From Pirellulales bacterium (GTDB lineage: Bacteria > Planctomycetota > Planctomycetia > Pirellulales > JAEUIK01): DNA of 64,000 nt. Each line of letters begins with the position of its first letter. The first letter of the stretch is position 1. Below the pieces are notes generated by a model, which was not told the DNA's origin, did no database searches, and worked only from the letters and a program-made list of their open reading frames with translations. The translations under genes and the position numbers were made by a program. Shown one piece after another: positions 30,128-38,880 of the stretch. The stretch covers positions 298,712 to 362,711 of the forward strand of contig JAHBXR010000001.1 of assembly GCA_019636335.1 (NCBI GenBank), written 5' to 3'.

Positions 30128-31072
30128 ATGGCAAGGAAGGTTATTCTCGATGTCGATCCCGGCATCGACGACGCGGTCGCCGTCACGATGGCGCTGTTCG
30201 ACGAGCGGCTCGATGTACAGGCGGTGACGGCGGTCGCCGGCAACGTGGGGGCGGAACAGGCTTCGCGCAACGTGCAGGCCATCATCGAGCAGTTGGACCC
30301 GCCGCGTTGGCCGCGCATCGGGGTGGCCAGCGACCCGGACAGCCCTCCCTCGATCGATACGCGGCATCTCTTCGGGGCCGATGGGCTCGGCAACGCCAAC
30401 TTCCAGGTGGCCGAGTTGCACCATCGCCACTTGTCGGAAAAAGTCATCGCCGAAGTGGTCCGCAGCTCACCCGAGCCGGTTACGCTCGTCGCTTTGGGGC
30501 CGCTGACCAACGTCGCGCGGGCCTTTCAGCGCGATCCCGAGTTGCCCACCTTGCTGGGCGAGTTGGTCATTATGGGCGGTTCGCTTGCGGGGATCGGCAA
30601 CGTCACGCCGGCCGCCGAGTTCAACATCTTCTACGATCCGCTCGCGGCACGGTCCGTGTTGCGGTCTGCCAGCACGATTACGCTGATACCGCTCGATATC
30701 ACCAATCAGGTGCTGGCCGGGTACGACTTTCTCAATCAATTGCCCGACGATTCGACCCGGGCGGGGCATTTTCTGCGGACGGTCGTGCCCCATGCATTCC
30801 GTTCGCACCACCAGACGCTGGGACTTGAAGGCATCCATCTGCACGATGCCGTGGCGCTCGTGTCGGTGCTGCATCCCGAGTTGTTCGCGCGCGAGTTGAT
30901 GGCTTGCGACGTCGAAGTCGCCGGCGAATTGACGACTGGCGCGACCGTGTTCGATCGCCGTCCGCCGGCGCCGAAGTGGCGCCGCAACGTGAGCGTGGCG
31001 ACCAGCGTCGACGCCGCCGCCGTAAAGGATTGCATCCTGCGATGTCTGCACGGCGCCGCGCGTCAGGGCTGA
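30128..31072 (+). CDS. nucleoside hydrolase (IU-preferring family)
   Basis: N-terminal VILDVDPGIDDAVAV aspartate cluster. Confidence 0.85.
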   Translation: MARKVILDVDPGIDDAVAVTMALFDERLDVQAVTAVAGNVGAEQASRNVQAIIEQLDPPRWPRIGVASDPDSPPSIDTRHLFGADGLGNANFQVAELHHRHLSEKVIAEVVRSSPEPVTLVALGPLTNVARAFQRDPELPTLLGELVIMGGSLAGIGNVTPAAEFNIFYDPLAARSVLRSASTITLIPLDITNQVLAGYDFLNQLPDDSTRAGHFLRTVVPHAFRSHHQTLGLEGIHLHDAVALVSVLHPELFARELMACDVEVAGELTTGATVFDRRPPAPKWRRNVSVATSVDAAAVKDCILRCLHGAARQG

Positions 31073-31144
31073 TTCGCTCGATCTGGAGCCGCGCGCCATG
31101 CCACACGACGAAACGTGGGCCTTTTGTAGCGAGTGACGATGCTT

Positions 31145-32857
31145 TTATGCCTTCGGCGGTAGTGTCTCGCCGTTGTCCTTGCCATCGACTTCGGCCGTGC
31201 GGACCGCCGGAGTGTCGTCGGCGCCGAAGCGGACCAGCGCCTCGGGCAACTCCACGCCGCCGATGTCGCGCAGCACCTGCATCATCGGGGGCATCGAGCG
31301 GGCCATCCCCTGCAGGAAGTTCGACGTGTTGCTGTGGCCATTCTGGCTGCCGCCCCCTTCCCAAACCACGACCTTGTCGAACTTGATGTTCGAGATCGCC
31401 TGGGCCGAAGCGGTCGCGAGCTGATCGAGGTGCTCGAGTATGAGCATCTGGAAGGCCTCTTTCGAGCCCCCGCACGCCTCGATGATGCGCTGCAAGCCTT
31501 CCCCCTTCTTAGCGAGAATTTCGTACTGGCCGCGAGCTTCGGCCTCGAGCTTGGCGAAGATCGCCGCCGCCTGGCCTTCGGCCTCGATGCGGCGTCGTTC
31601 GGCTTCGGCTTCGGCCTCGACGATCGTGCGGGCCTTTTCGGCCTTGGCCGGGGCTTCGAGCGCCGCACGGCGTTCGGCCTCGACCCGCGCGGCCTCGGCC
31701 AGGGCGGCCTTGGTCATGGCGTGGTTCTGCGCTTCGAGCACGGCGGCCTCGGCTTCGCGTTTGCGCGTTTCGGCCAACTGGTACGCCTCGGCCTCTTTGA
31801 CTTGCAGGGCGGCTTTCGAGGCCGCCACTTCCGCCGCCGCCGCGTTTTCGCCGGTCACCGCCTTGGCGTTCGCATCGGCTAGGCGGATACGCATCTCGCG
31901 TTCGGCGTCCTTCACCTTGGCGTCGCGTTCGAAGGCGGCCGCCTGTTCGCCGATCACGGCCTTGGCGTTCGCATCGGCCAGGCGGATACGCATCTCGCGC
32001 TCGGCATCCTTCACCTTGGCGTCGCGTTCGAAGGCGGCCGTCTGCTCGCCGATCTTCTGTTCCTTGTCGAGTTCGGCCACGCGGACCGACTGCTCGCGCA
32101 GGGCCTCGCGGGTACCGATCTCGCGGAGCTTGATGGCGTTCGTGACCTGGATCACCTTATCGCGTTCGGCCTCGGCCACGCGCGTTTCGCCCAGCTTTTC
32201 CTGTTCGGCGACGTCGCCGCGGGCCTGCTGAATCGCGGTCGAGGCGGCCTTCTGGCCGATGGCTTCGATATAGCCCGACTCGTCCGTGATATCGGTGATG
32301 TTGACGTTGATCAGCACCAGCCCGATCTTGCGCAGCTCGGGCTCGAGCGAATCTTGAATATTATCGAGGAAGGATTCGCGATTGCGGTTGATCTCCTCGA
32401 TCGGCATCGAGGCGATGACCTGTCGCAACTGGCCGAAGATGATGTCCTCGGCCTGTTGCTTGACTTCGTTCGTATTGAGTCCCAGCAGGCGGATGGCGGC
32501 GTTCTGCATGACCTCGGGCGAGGTGCCGACGGCGACGGTGAAGACGCTGGGGACATTGACGCGGATGTTCTCGGCCGAGAGGGCGCCGCGGAGCGGGATC
32601 TCGATCTGCATCGGCTCGAGGCTCAGGTACGAGTAGTCCTGAATCAAGGGCCAGACGAAGGCCGCGCCACCATGCACGCAGCGCGCCGTGTCGCCGGCGC
32701 CGACCTTACCGAAGATCACCAGCACGCGGTTGCTCGGGCAGCGCTTGTACCGCTGCTTGAGCAGCATCAAGAAGCTGAACAGCACGACGCAGACGAAGAA
32801 CGCGATCACCCCTAGCCAGATGAGCGTTTCGATGGCGATGATTCCTTGATCAGGCAT
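31145..32857 (-). CDS. flotillin-like SPFH/band-7 protein with extended Ala/Glu-rich coiled coil
   Basis: N-terminal TM + SPFH domain (…VNVPSVFTVAVGT…). Long EA-rich coiled coil containing a 33-aa tandem duplication. C-terminal flotillin-type tail. Confidence 0.85.
   Translation of the reverse strand: MPDQGIIAIETLIWLGVIAFFVCVVLFSFLMLLKQRYKRCPSNRVLVIFGKVGAGDTARCVHGGAAFVWPLIQDYSYLSLEPMQIEIPLRGALSAENIRVNVPSVFTVAVGTSPEVMQNAAIRLLGLNTNEVKQQAEDIIFGQLRQVIASMPIEEINRNRESFLDNIQDSLEPELRKIGLVLINVNITDITDESGYIEAIGQKAASTAIQQARGDVAEQEKLGETRVAEAERDKVIQVTNAIKLREIGTREALREQSVRVAELDKEQKIGEQTAAFERDAKVKDAEREMRIRLADANAKAVIGEQAAAFERDAKVKDAEREMRIRLADANAKAVTGENAAAAEVAASKAALQVKEAEAYQLAETRKREAEAAVLEAQNHAMTKAALAEAARVEAERRAALEAPAKAEKARTIVEAEAEAERRRIEAEGQAAAIFAKLEAEARGQYEILAKKGEGLQRIIEACGGSKEAFQMLILEHLDQLATASAQAISNIKFDKVVVWEGGGSQNGHSNTSNFLQGMARSMPPMMQVLRDIGGVELPEALVRFGADDTPAVRTAEVDGKDNGETLPPKA
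31862..32059. repeat. 99-bp tandem direct repeat (2 copies) inside the flotillin coiled coil
   Basis: cttggcgttcgcatcgg…cgccgatc occurs twice back to back with a few substitutions. It encodes IGEQAAAFERDAKVKDAEREMRIRLADANAKAV x2. Confidence 0.85.
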
Positions 32858-33485
32858 GGAGAACCTCTTCTGGATTGGGCGCCGCGACGACCTCGACGGT
32901 GTCGGGTCCGATAATGGCTGTCACGACAACCGTAGCTCCTGTCGGTAGCGTGTCCTGCTCGGTCACGGCACGGTATTCCACCGTGCGATTCTGTAAAGTC
33001 AGCGTTACCTTGCCGTGACCGCTGCGACCCGCGGGAACGCGCAGGTAGACGGTGCCGGTTTTGCCGACCGCGCGGTCCATGCGGACGGTACCGTCGGACT
33101 TGAGCCGGACCATGAGTCGCATCAGGTAGTAGACGCCATACATGGCGCCGAAGCCGGTGAGCAGGGCCACGACGAAGCTGGCCGCGGGGCCGAGGGTGGT
33201 CGAGTTGGCCGCCAGGCCGCCGAGGCCGAAGAAGGCCACCGCGGCCACCACGGTGCGGTAGGTGATGATGCCAAAAAACCACGTCGAGCCGTGGTGATGA
33301 TCGGCGCCGTGATCGCCCGCGTCGCCGTGGTGCAGGTCGCCGGCGTCGACGTCTCCCGGCATGTGTTCGAAATCGATCCCGCTGGCATCGTCCGCGTCAT
33401 GCGAGAGGCCCAGGAGCGTGGTGACGAACTGGAACAGTAGCACGGTTCCACCGATCACGGCACAGACGGCATAGAAGTATTCCAT
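32850..33485 (-). CDS. NfeD-family membrane protein (flotillin partner) with His-rich linker
   Basis: N-terminal TM segments, His/Asp-rich linker (DLHHGDAGDHGADHHHG), C-terminal OB-fold-like segment. It overlaps the flotillin gene start by 8 nt (YuaF-FloT type operon). Confidence 0.7.
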   Translation of the reverse strand: MEYFYAVCAVIGGTVLLFQFVTTLLGLSHDADDASGIDFEHMPGDVDAGDLHHGDAGDHGADHHHGSTWFFGIITYRTVVAAVAFFGLGGLAANSTTLGPAASFVVALLTGFGAMYGVYYLMRLMVRLKSDGTVRMDRAVGKTGTVYLRVPAGRSGHGKVTLTLQNRTVEYRAVTEQDTLPTGATVVVTAIIGPDTVEVVAAPNPEEVLHA

Positions 33486-33940
33486 GTCGATGCTCCCCCC
33501 TGGCGGCCTCTAGAGACCGAAATCTCGATTCGATACTACTTGCGGATATGATCCCGCAATTCAAGGTCCTGTCAAACTCAACGGCCGAGTAGGGCCAAAC
33601 GGAGTGGCCGCGCACTTCGACGTTCTTCACCGGTGGCGTTCACACTTCTGGGACGCCAAAAGCTGGCCGGAGGTTCCGTGACGCAGGGAAATTTAGCTTT
33701 CTCTGCTCCCCGTCTCTTTTTTTCCGGGGATCTATTCGCCACGAGTGGGGGATTCTTGGGCAGTTTGCGCGCAAAAAAGAATGCTTTTTCCGGGGCGGTT
33801 TCTGGAACGAAAGAATCGCCGCGGTCGGTCGGCTATGATCTTTTCTTGCGAAGCCGAGCTACCAGCGGTCTATTCCTCGCTGGTTGGAGGTCGGGCCGAT
33901 TCGCGGAACGCCTGGCAAGGACATTGACGGAAGAACAGCC

Positions 33941-35137
33941 ATGAGCACCGCCGGTCTTGTCACGCGCGTCCGCGGCGCCGTGCAGCGCGAGCGCCTTCTC
34001 GACACCGCGATCAAGCTCTGCGAGGTCTACAGCCCCACGGGGGATGCAGGCGCCGTCTCCGACCGGCTGGCCGAGATCCTGACGGCCGACGGCTTCGTCG
34101 TCGAACGTCCCGATGGCGGCTGGCCCAAATCGCCGGCAGTGGTGACGCGCTACGACAGCGGACGGCCCGGCCGCACGCTGCAATTCGATGGGCACCTCGA
34201 CACGGTGCATCTCCCCTTCGTGCCGCCGGTGGTCGCGGGGGATCGGCTCACCGGCAGCGGCTCGTCCGACATGAAAGCCGGCGTGGCCGCGGCGGTCGAG
34301 GCCTTGCGCGCCATTCGCGACGCGGAATTGATCCCAGGTGGCGCGATCTTGTTCAGCGCACACGATCTGCACGAGGCGCCGTGGGGGGATGGCTCGCAGT
34401 TGGACCGCCTGATTGCCGATGGGATTGTGGGCGATGCGGTGTTGATTCCCGAGTATCTCGCGACGGAGCTAGCGATCATTGGGCGCGGTCAGGCGACGTG
34501 GCGCGTGGCGTTCCGACGGTCGGGCGCCCCTGTGCATGAGGTGTATCGCCCGCTCGACGAGCCGAGCGTCATCGCGGCGGGGGCGGCGCTGGTGGCGCGG
34601 CTGGAGCAATATGATGCAAAGCTGTCTGCCAGCAGCGACCCCCTGGCCGGACGCGAGAGCGTCTTCATCGGGCAGGTTCACAGCGGCGAGATCTACAATC
34701 AATATCCACAGGAATGCTGGCTCGAGGGGACGCGGCGCTGGCTGCCGGAGCGCAAACGCGCCGACGCGGAACGCGACTTCCGCGCGTTGGTCGACGAGAT
34801 TGCCCGCGAGCGCGGCGTGACGGCGGAAGTGCGCTTCATGCTCGTGCGCGACGCGTTCAAGTTGCCACTCGAAGATCCGCTGCTCCCGGCGTTCGATGCC
34901 GCGGTGGCGGCGATTCACGGAAAGCCGCTGCCGCGCGGTGGGAAACGCTTCGTCGACGACGGGAGCAGCTTTTGGCAGGGGCGAAAGATTGCCGCGATCA
35001 CGCACGGCCCGACCGGCGGCGGCGCACACACGCTGGAGGAATGGATCTCGATCGACTCGCTGGTCCGCGTGGCGGAAACGTACTCGCTGGTGGCGGCGGG
35101 GTATTGCCATGGAGCCGTTGACGAACGCATATCTTAA
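33941..35137 (+). CDS. M20-family metallopeptidase (ArgE/DapE/CPG2-like)
   Basis: HLDTVH…GSGSSDMKAG…metal-ligand pattern of M20 peptidases. Confidence 0.8.
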   Translation: MSTAGLVTRVRGAVQRERLLDTAIKLCEVYSPTGDAGAVSDRLAEILTADGFVVERPDGGWPKSPAVVTRYDSGRPGRTLQFDGHLDTVHLPFVPPVVAGDRLTGSGSSDMKAGVAAAVEALRAIRDAELIPGGAILFSAHDLHEAPWGDGSQLDRLIADGIVGDAVLIPEYLATELAIIGRGQATWRVAFRRSGAPVHEVYRPLDEPSVIAAGAALVARLEQYDAKLSASSDPLAGRESVFIGQVHSGEIYNQYPQECWLEGTRRWLPERKRADAERDFRALVDEIARERGVTAEVRFMLVRDAFKLPLEDPLLPAFDAAVAAIHGKPLPRGGKRFVDDGSSFWQGRKIAAITHGPTGGGAHTLEEWISIDSLVRVAETYSLVAAGYCHGAVDERIS

Positions 35138-35261
35138 GTGGAGACGCTGTTTTGGCCTCCAGGCTTGCTGCGCCACAGTAGCAGTTCGGTAGAATGCGCG
35201 ACGGGGAAACCGTTCAATATGATATCTGGGCTATTCGATTCGATCCGCCAGTAGGTCGGCC

Positions 35262-36824
35262 ATGCCCATTGCATCTGAATTGCTCGAACAGATTCCTACC
35301 TCTGCCCGCTACGTTCATGTGCCTTTGGCCGATGACGAGAATGCGTTCGCCTTGTGGTGCGAGGCCGCAAGTTCGGTGAATACCTCGAGCTTGGAGTTGA
35401 TCGAAGGTTATTTCTTCAATGAACCGGACGAGTTTCCAAGAGGCGAGGACTTGCAGAAACTCGCGGCCGTCTTCCAAGAGAATCAACGTCCGCTCGATCT
35501 CTTCAACGAGAGCGTTCGCCGCAAAGGTTGGCAGCACACGGAGCTGTTCGAGCTAGAGGACTTCGAAAATCTTTGGCCAATGGACCGCATTATCGAACTG
35601 CGGAATTTCGGGTGGCTGAACCAAGTCAAGGCGAAGTGGCATGCGTCGCTCGGACAATTCGACGAGGCTGCTGCCGTGCTGGCGAATCTGCTTCGAAGCG
35701 GGCGAATGATTTGTCGCGGTGGCGGAACGGAGTTGCATTTCATCATTGCGGCGATGTGCGTCAACATTGCACTGGGCGGCATGCGGCAGATTGCCAGGTT
35801 GCGCGGATGTAGTGAACCTGCGTTGGTGTCGATGTTGAACGCGTTAGAACATGAATTGAACGAAGACGATGGGTACATAAAGTGCGAACAAATCGAACTG
35901 TTGAAAAATCTGGCGATCGTAGACAACTTTCCAGATCCGAGCACCCCGGATGAGTTGATCGAGCATTTTCTCGAATACGGGTACCAAGACTCGATTGGGA
36001 GCGATGATGAGAAAGACGGCGACGAAGCGGCTACTGCGAAGATAGAAATTGCTTCGCGTGCGGAGCGGCGCAAACGCGACGTGCGCTTTCTGCTGGATGG
36101 TCATCCTGCCTTGCTCGATAAACGTGCTACCGCGCGTCTGCTCGCGGAGCAATCGAGTAAGCGGATCCAAAAAGTTGAGCAGTCATGGTCGACAGATGCA
36201 GACTGCTCTGGCGATCTTTTTCTTCCAGATTCTATTTGGCCACACCAATTGCTACCAAATATGGCGCTCGACTATGTGGGAGATGGTCCAGAAGCAGATG
36301 TGTTTTGGACGAGTTACGCAGATTCTCATGGGTATGATTCGACGACCTACGGAAAGTATCCTTCGTCCGAACGACTGGCGGCATTGCGCGATCGATTGCG
36401 CGACGTTCCGAATCCTGTTGGTTGGCTGTTGAGCGGAAGCTTGGTTGGTTCGGACTATACGCACCTGTCCTTTGAGACGAGAGCCAGGTTGCTTGGTACG
36501 CAGGTTTGCATTGCCCTGTGCCGATTTCGTTTGAAATATCATCGGCTTCCCACAAAACTTGCAGAGCTCGTCTATGAAGGACTTTTGTCGTGCGTGCCCA
36601 TCGATCCTTTTGATGGACAGCCTATGCGCTATTGTCGCCGACGGCAGATCGTATGGAGCATCGGATCGGACGGTACAGACGACGGTGGTCATCATGGCGA
36701 CTCTTTGTGTGGTGAGATGCCACGTGACATCGTATTTAGCTTTAAATCTGCTGATCGAATCCAAGCTTGGAAGACGCGACTCAGATCTTGGTGGATTCAC
36801 GGCCGCAGGTGTCAAAAGCACTAA
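35262..36824 (+). CDS. orphan 520-aa protein, low GC, with C-terminal GspG-pseudopilin-like globular domain and no prepilin leader
   Basis: C-terminus LCRFRLKYHRLPTKLAEL…PIDPFDGQPMRY…IVWSIGSDGTDDGG…DIVF parallels the GspG core (LDMYRLDNGRYP…DPWGNPYQY…FDLFSLGADGQEGG…DI.NW). No N-terminal hydrophobic helix or GFTLIE-type leader. The gene is visibly AT-richer than its neighbours. Confidence 0.6.
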   Translation: MPIASELLEQIPTSARYVHVPLADDENAFALWCEAASSVNTSSLELIEGYFFNEPDEFPRGEDLQKLAAVFQENQRPLDLFNESVRRKGWQHTELFELEDFENLWPMDRIIELRNFGWLNQVKAKWHASLGQFDEAAAVLANLLRSGRMICRGGGTELHFIIAAMCVNIALGGMRQIARLRGCSEPALVSMLNALEHELNEDDGYIKCEQIELLKNLAIVDNFPDPSTPDELIEHFLEYGYQDSIGSDDEKDGDEAATAKIEIASRAERRKRDVRFLLDGHPALLDKRATARLLAEQSSKRIQKVEQSWSTDADCSGDLFLPDSIWPHQLLPNMALDYVGDGPEADVFWTSYADSHGYDSTTYGKYPSSERLAALRDRLRDVPNPVGWLLSGSLVGSDYTHLSFETRARLLGTQVCIALCRFRLKYHRLPTKLAELVYEGLLSCVPIDPFDGQPMRYCRRRQIVWSIGSDGTDDGGHHGDSLCGEMPRDIVFSFKSADRIQAWKTRLRSWWIHGRRCQKH

Positions 36825-36844
36825 TGAACGAGTGAGGGCTTCCC

Positions 36845-37306
36845 TTGATTGAGCTTACCCCCATCGGTTACGTGCGCAGCTCGCGGGTCGATCCGATCGA
36901 TGATGCCTGGGATAGTGTTGATGCGCGTATCGAGTTGTCTCCTGGCGTCGACGCGGCGGCGCTCGATGGTTTGGAAGACTACTCGCACGTCGAGGTGATC
37001 TTCTTCTTCGATCAGGTGGCCGAGTCGGCCATCGAGCATCGAGCACGGCATCCGCGGGGAAATACCGACTGGCCGCGCGTGGGCATCTTTGCGCAGCGGG
37101 CCAAGAACCGGCCCAATCGGCTCGGTACGACCATCGTCGAACTCAAAGCCCGCGAGGGACGCGTGCTGCACGTCGCGGGGCTCGATGCGATCGACGGCAC
37201 GCCGGTGCTCGATCTCAAGCCGGTGATGGTAGAATTCCTGCCGCGCAGCCCGGTGCGCCAACCCGCCTGGACGCACGAATTGATGCGCGAGTATTGGTCG
37301 CGCTAA
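36845..37306 (+). CDS. TsaA/YaeB-family tRNA methyltransferase (TrmO-like)
   Basis: IGYVRS…HVEVIFFFD…RPNRLGTTIVELKAREGRVLHVAGLDAIDGTPVLDLKP is the YaeB domain signature. Confidence 0.8.
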   Translation: MIELTPIGYVRSSRVDPIDDAWDSVDARIELSPGVDAAALDGLEDYSHVEVIFFFDQVAESAIEHRARHPRGNTDWPRVGIFAQRAKNRPNRLGTTIVELKAREGRVLHVAGLDAIDGTPVLDLKPVMVEFLPRSPVRQPAWTHELMREYWSR

Positions 37307-37311
37307 CGACG

Positions 37312-38064
37312 ATGGAATCCATTCAACGGTACCAGGCTCAGGTCGAGGAATTCGGCTACGCGATGGTCGAGGACGTGATCTCGCGCGACCGAGTTGTCGA
37401 ATTGCGCCAGGCAATCGCCGGTCTTGCGGACAGCGTCGGCGTGCGCCGTAAGCGTGGTACGTATGGCGTGCGCAACCTGCTGGAACTCTGTCCACAGGTG
37501 CGAGAATTGGCCTCTTGCGCAGAGCTTCGCCGGCTCGTCGAGCCGATTCTGGGCCCAGCTTGCTTCGCCGTGCGGGCCGTCTTCTTCGACAAGGTGCCCG
37601 GCGCGAATTGGAAGCTGGGCTGGCACCAGGATAACGCCATCGCCGTGCAGGAACGCCGCGACGTGCCGGGGTTCGTAGGCTGGTCGTGGAAGGGGACGCT
37701 GCTGCAGGTTCAGCCGACGGCCGACGTGCTGGCTGGCATGCTGGCGATGCGCATGCACCTCGACGACTGCGGCGCGGAGAACGGGCCATTACGCGTGCTG
37801 CCCGGCTCGCATTGTTCTGGGTGGCTCGACGATTCGGTCGACGAGTGGAAGGCACGCGTCGAGCCCGTGATCTGTCTTGCTCGTGCGGGTGATGCCGTGG
37901 CGATGCGTCCCCTGCTGGTGCATGCGTCGTCGGCCGCTGCTGAAGCCACGCATCGCCGCGTGATCCACATCGAGTATGCCTGTGAAGATCTGCCGGCCGG
38001 GCTACAATGGCGCGACCGTGTGGGAGCGACGGGAGATCGCCGCGATGCGACAACCCACGTTTGA
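37312..38064 (+). CDS. phytanoyl-CoA dioxygenase (PhyH) family Fe(II)/2OG oxygenase
   Basis: WHQDN…D (HxD) and a downstream H in a PhyH-type arrangement. Confidence 0.7.
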   Translation: MESIQRYQAQVEEFGYAMVEDVISRDRVVELRQAIAGLADSVGVRRKRGTYGVRNLLELCPQVRELASCAELRRLVEPILGPACFAVRAVFFDKVPGANWKLGWHQDNAIAVQERRDVPGFVGWSWKGTLLQVQPTADVLAGMLAMRMHLDDCGAENGPLRVLPGSHCSGWLDDSVDEWKARVEPVICLARAGDAVAMRPLLVHASSAAAEATHRRVIHIEYACEDLPAGLQWRDRVGATGDRRDATTHV

Positions 38065-38076
38065 GTCCCTTTCCGA

Positions 38077-38856
38077 TTGGCCGAGGCCATGAAACTGCAA
38101 GGCAAGCTTGCCCTGGTGACCGGTGCCGGCCGTGGTATTGGTCGCGGCTGTGCGTTGGAACTTGCGCGGGAAGGGGCGGCTCTGGTCATCAACGATCGAC
38201 CGGGCAGTCCCGATCTGGCCTCGGCGGCGGAAGAGATTCGCGCGCTGGGGCGTCGCTGCACGGCGATCGAGGCCGATGTTTTTTCGCGGGCAGGGTGCGA
38301 ATCGCTCGTCGCGCAGGCGGCCCAGGTCGGCGCGATCGATCTCCTGGTGAGCAACCCTGCCTTCGGCCGGCGCGGCAAGTTTCTCGAATACGATCCAGAG
38401 GTCTTCGATCGCGTGATTCAAGGGACGCTCGCCAGCGGCTTTCACATGAGCCAGCTCGTCGCACGCCAGATGGTCGCCGCAGGCCGGCGCGGCAAGATCG
38501 TGTTCATTTCGAGCGTACACGCCTACAGGCCGTATGCCGACAGCGTGGCCTACAACGCCGCCAAGGCCGGCTTGAATCACCTGGCCAAGACGATCGCCGT
38601 CGAGCTGGTGAAGCACCGTATCAACGTGAACCTGATCGAGCCGGGCTGGATCGACACGCCGAACGAACGCGTCACGTTCGGCGATACGGTCCTCGAAGAA
38701 CAAGCTCCGCGGTTGCCGTGGGGTCGAATCGGGCAGCCCGCCGATATCGGCCGCGCCGCGGCGTTCCTCTGTTCGGACGACGCCGACTACATCACCGGCG
38801 CGGTGTTGCGAGTGGACGGCGCCCTCGTGCTGCGCGATTGTCTGGCGGAATTCTGA
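38077..38856 (+). CDS. SDR-family oxidoreductase
   Basis: TGAGRGIGRG cofactor motif, NPAFG, and YNAAK catalytic motif. Confidence 0.9.
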   Translation: MAEAMKLQGKLALVTGAGRGIGRGCALELAREGAALVINDRPGSPDLASAAEEIRALGRRCTAIEADVFSRAGCESLVAQAAQVGAIDLLVSNPAFGRRGKFLEYDPEVFDRVIQGTLASGFHMSQLVARQMVAAGRRGKIVFISSVHAYRPYADSVAYNAAKAGLNHLAKTIAVELVKHRINVNLIEPGWIDTPNERVTFGDTVLEEQAPRLPWGRIGQPADIGRAAAFLCSDDADYITGAVLRVDGALVLRDCLAEF

Positions 38857-38880
38857 CGTTTGGAACGCACGTACACGTAT

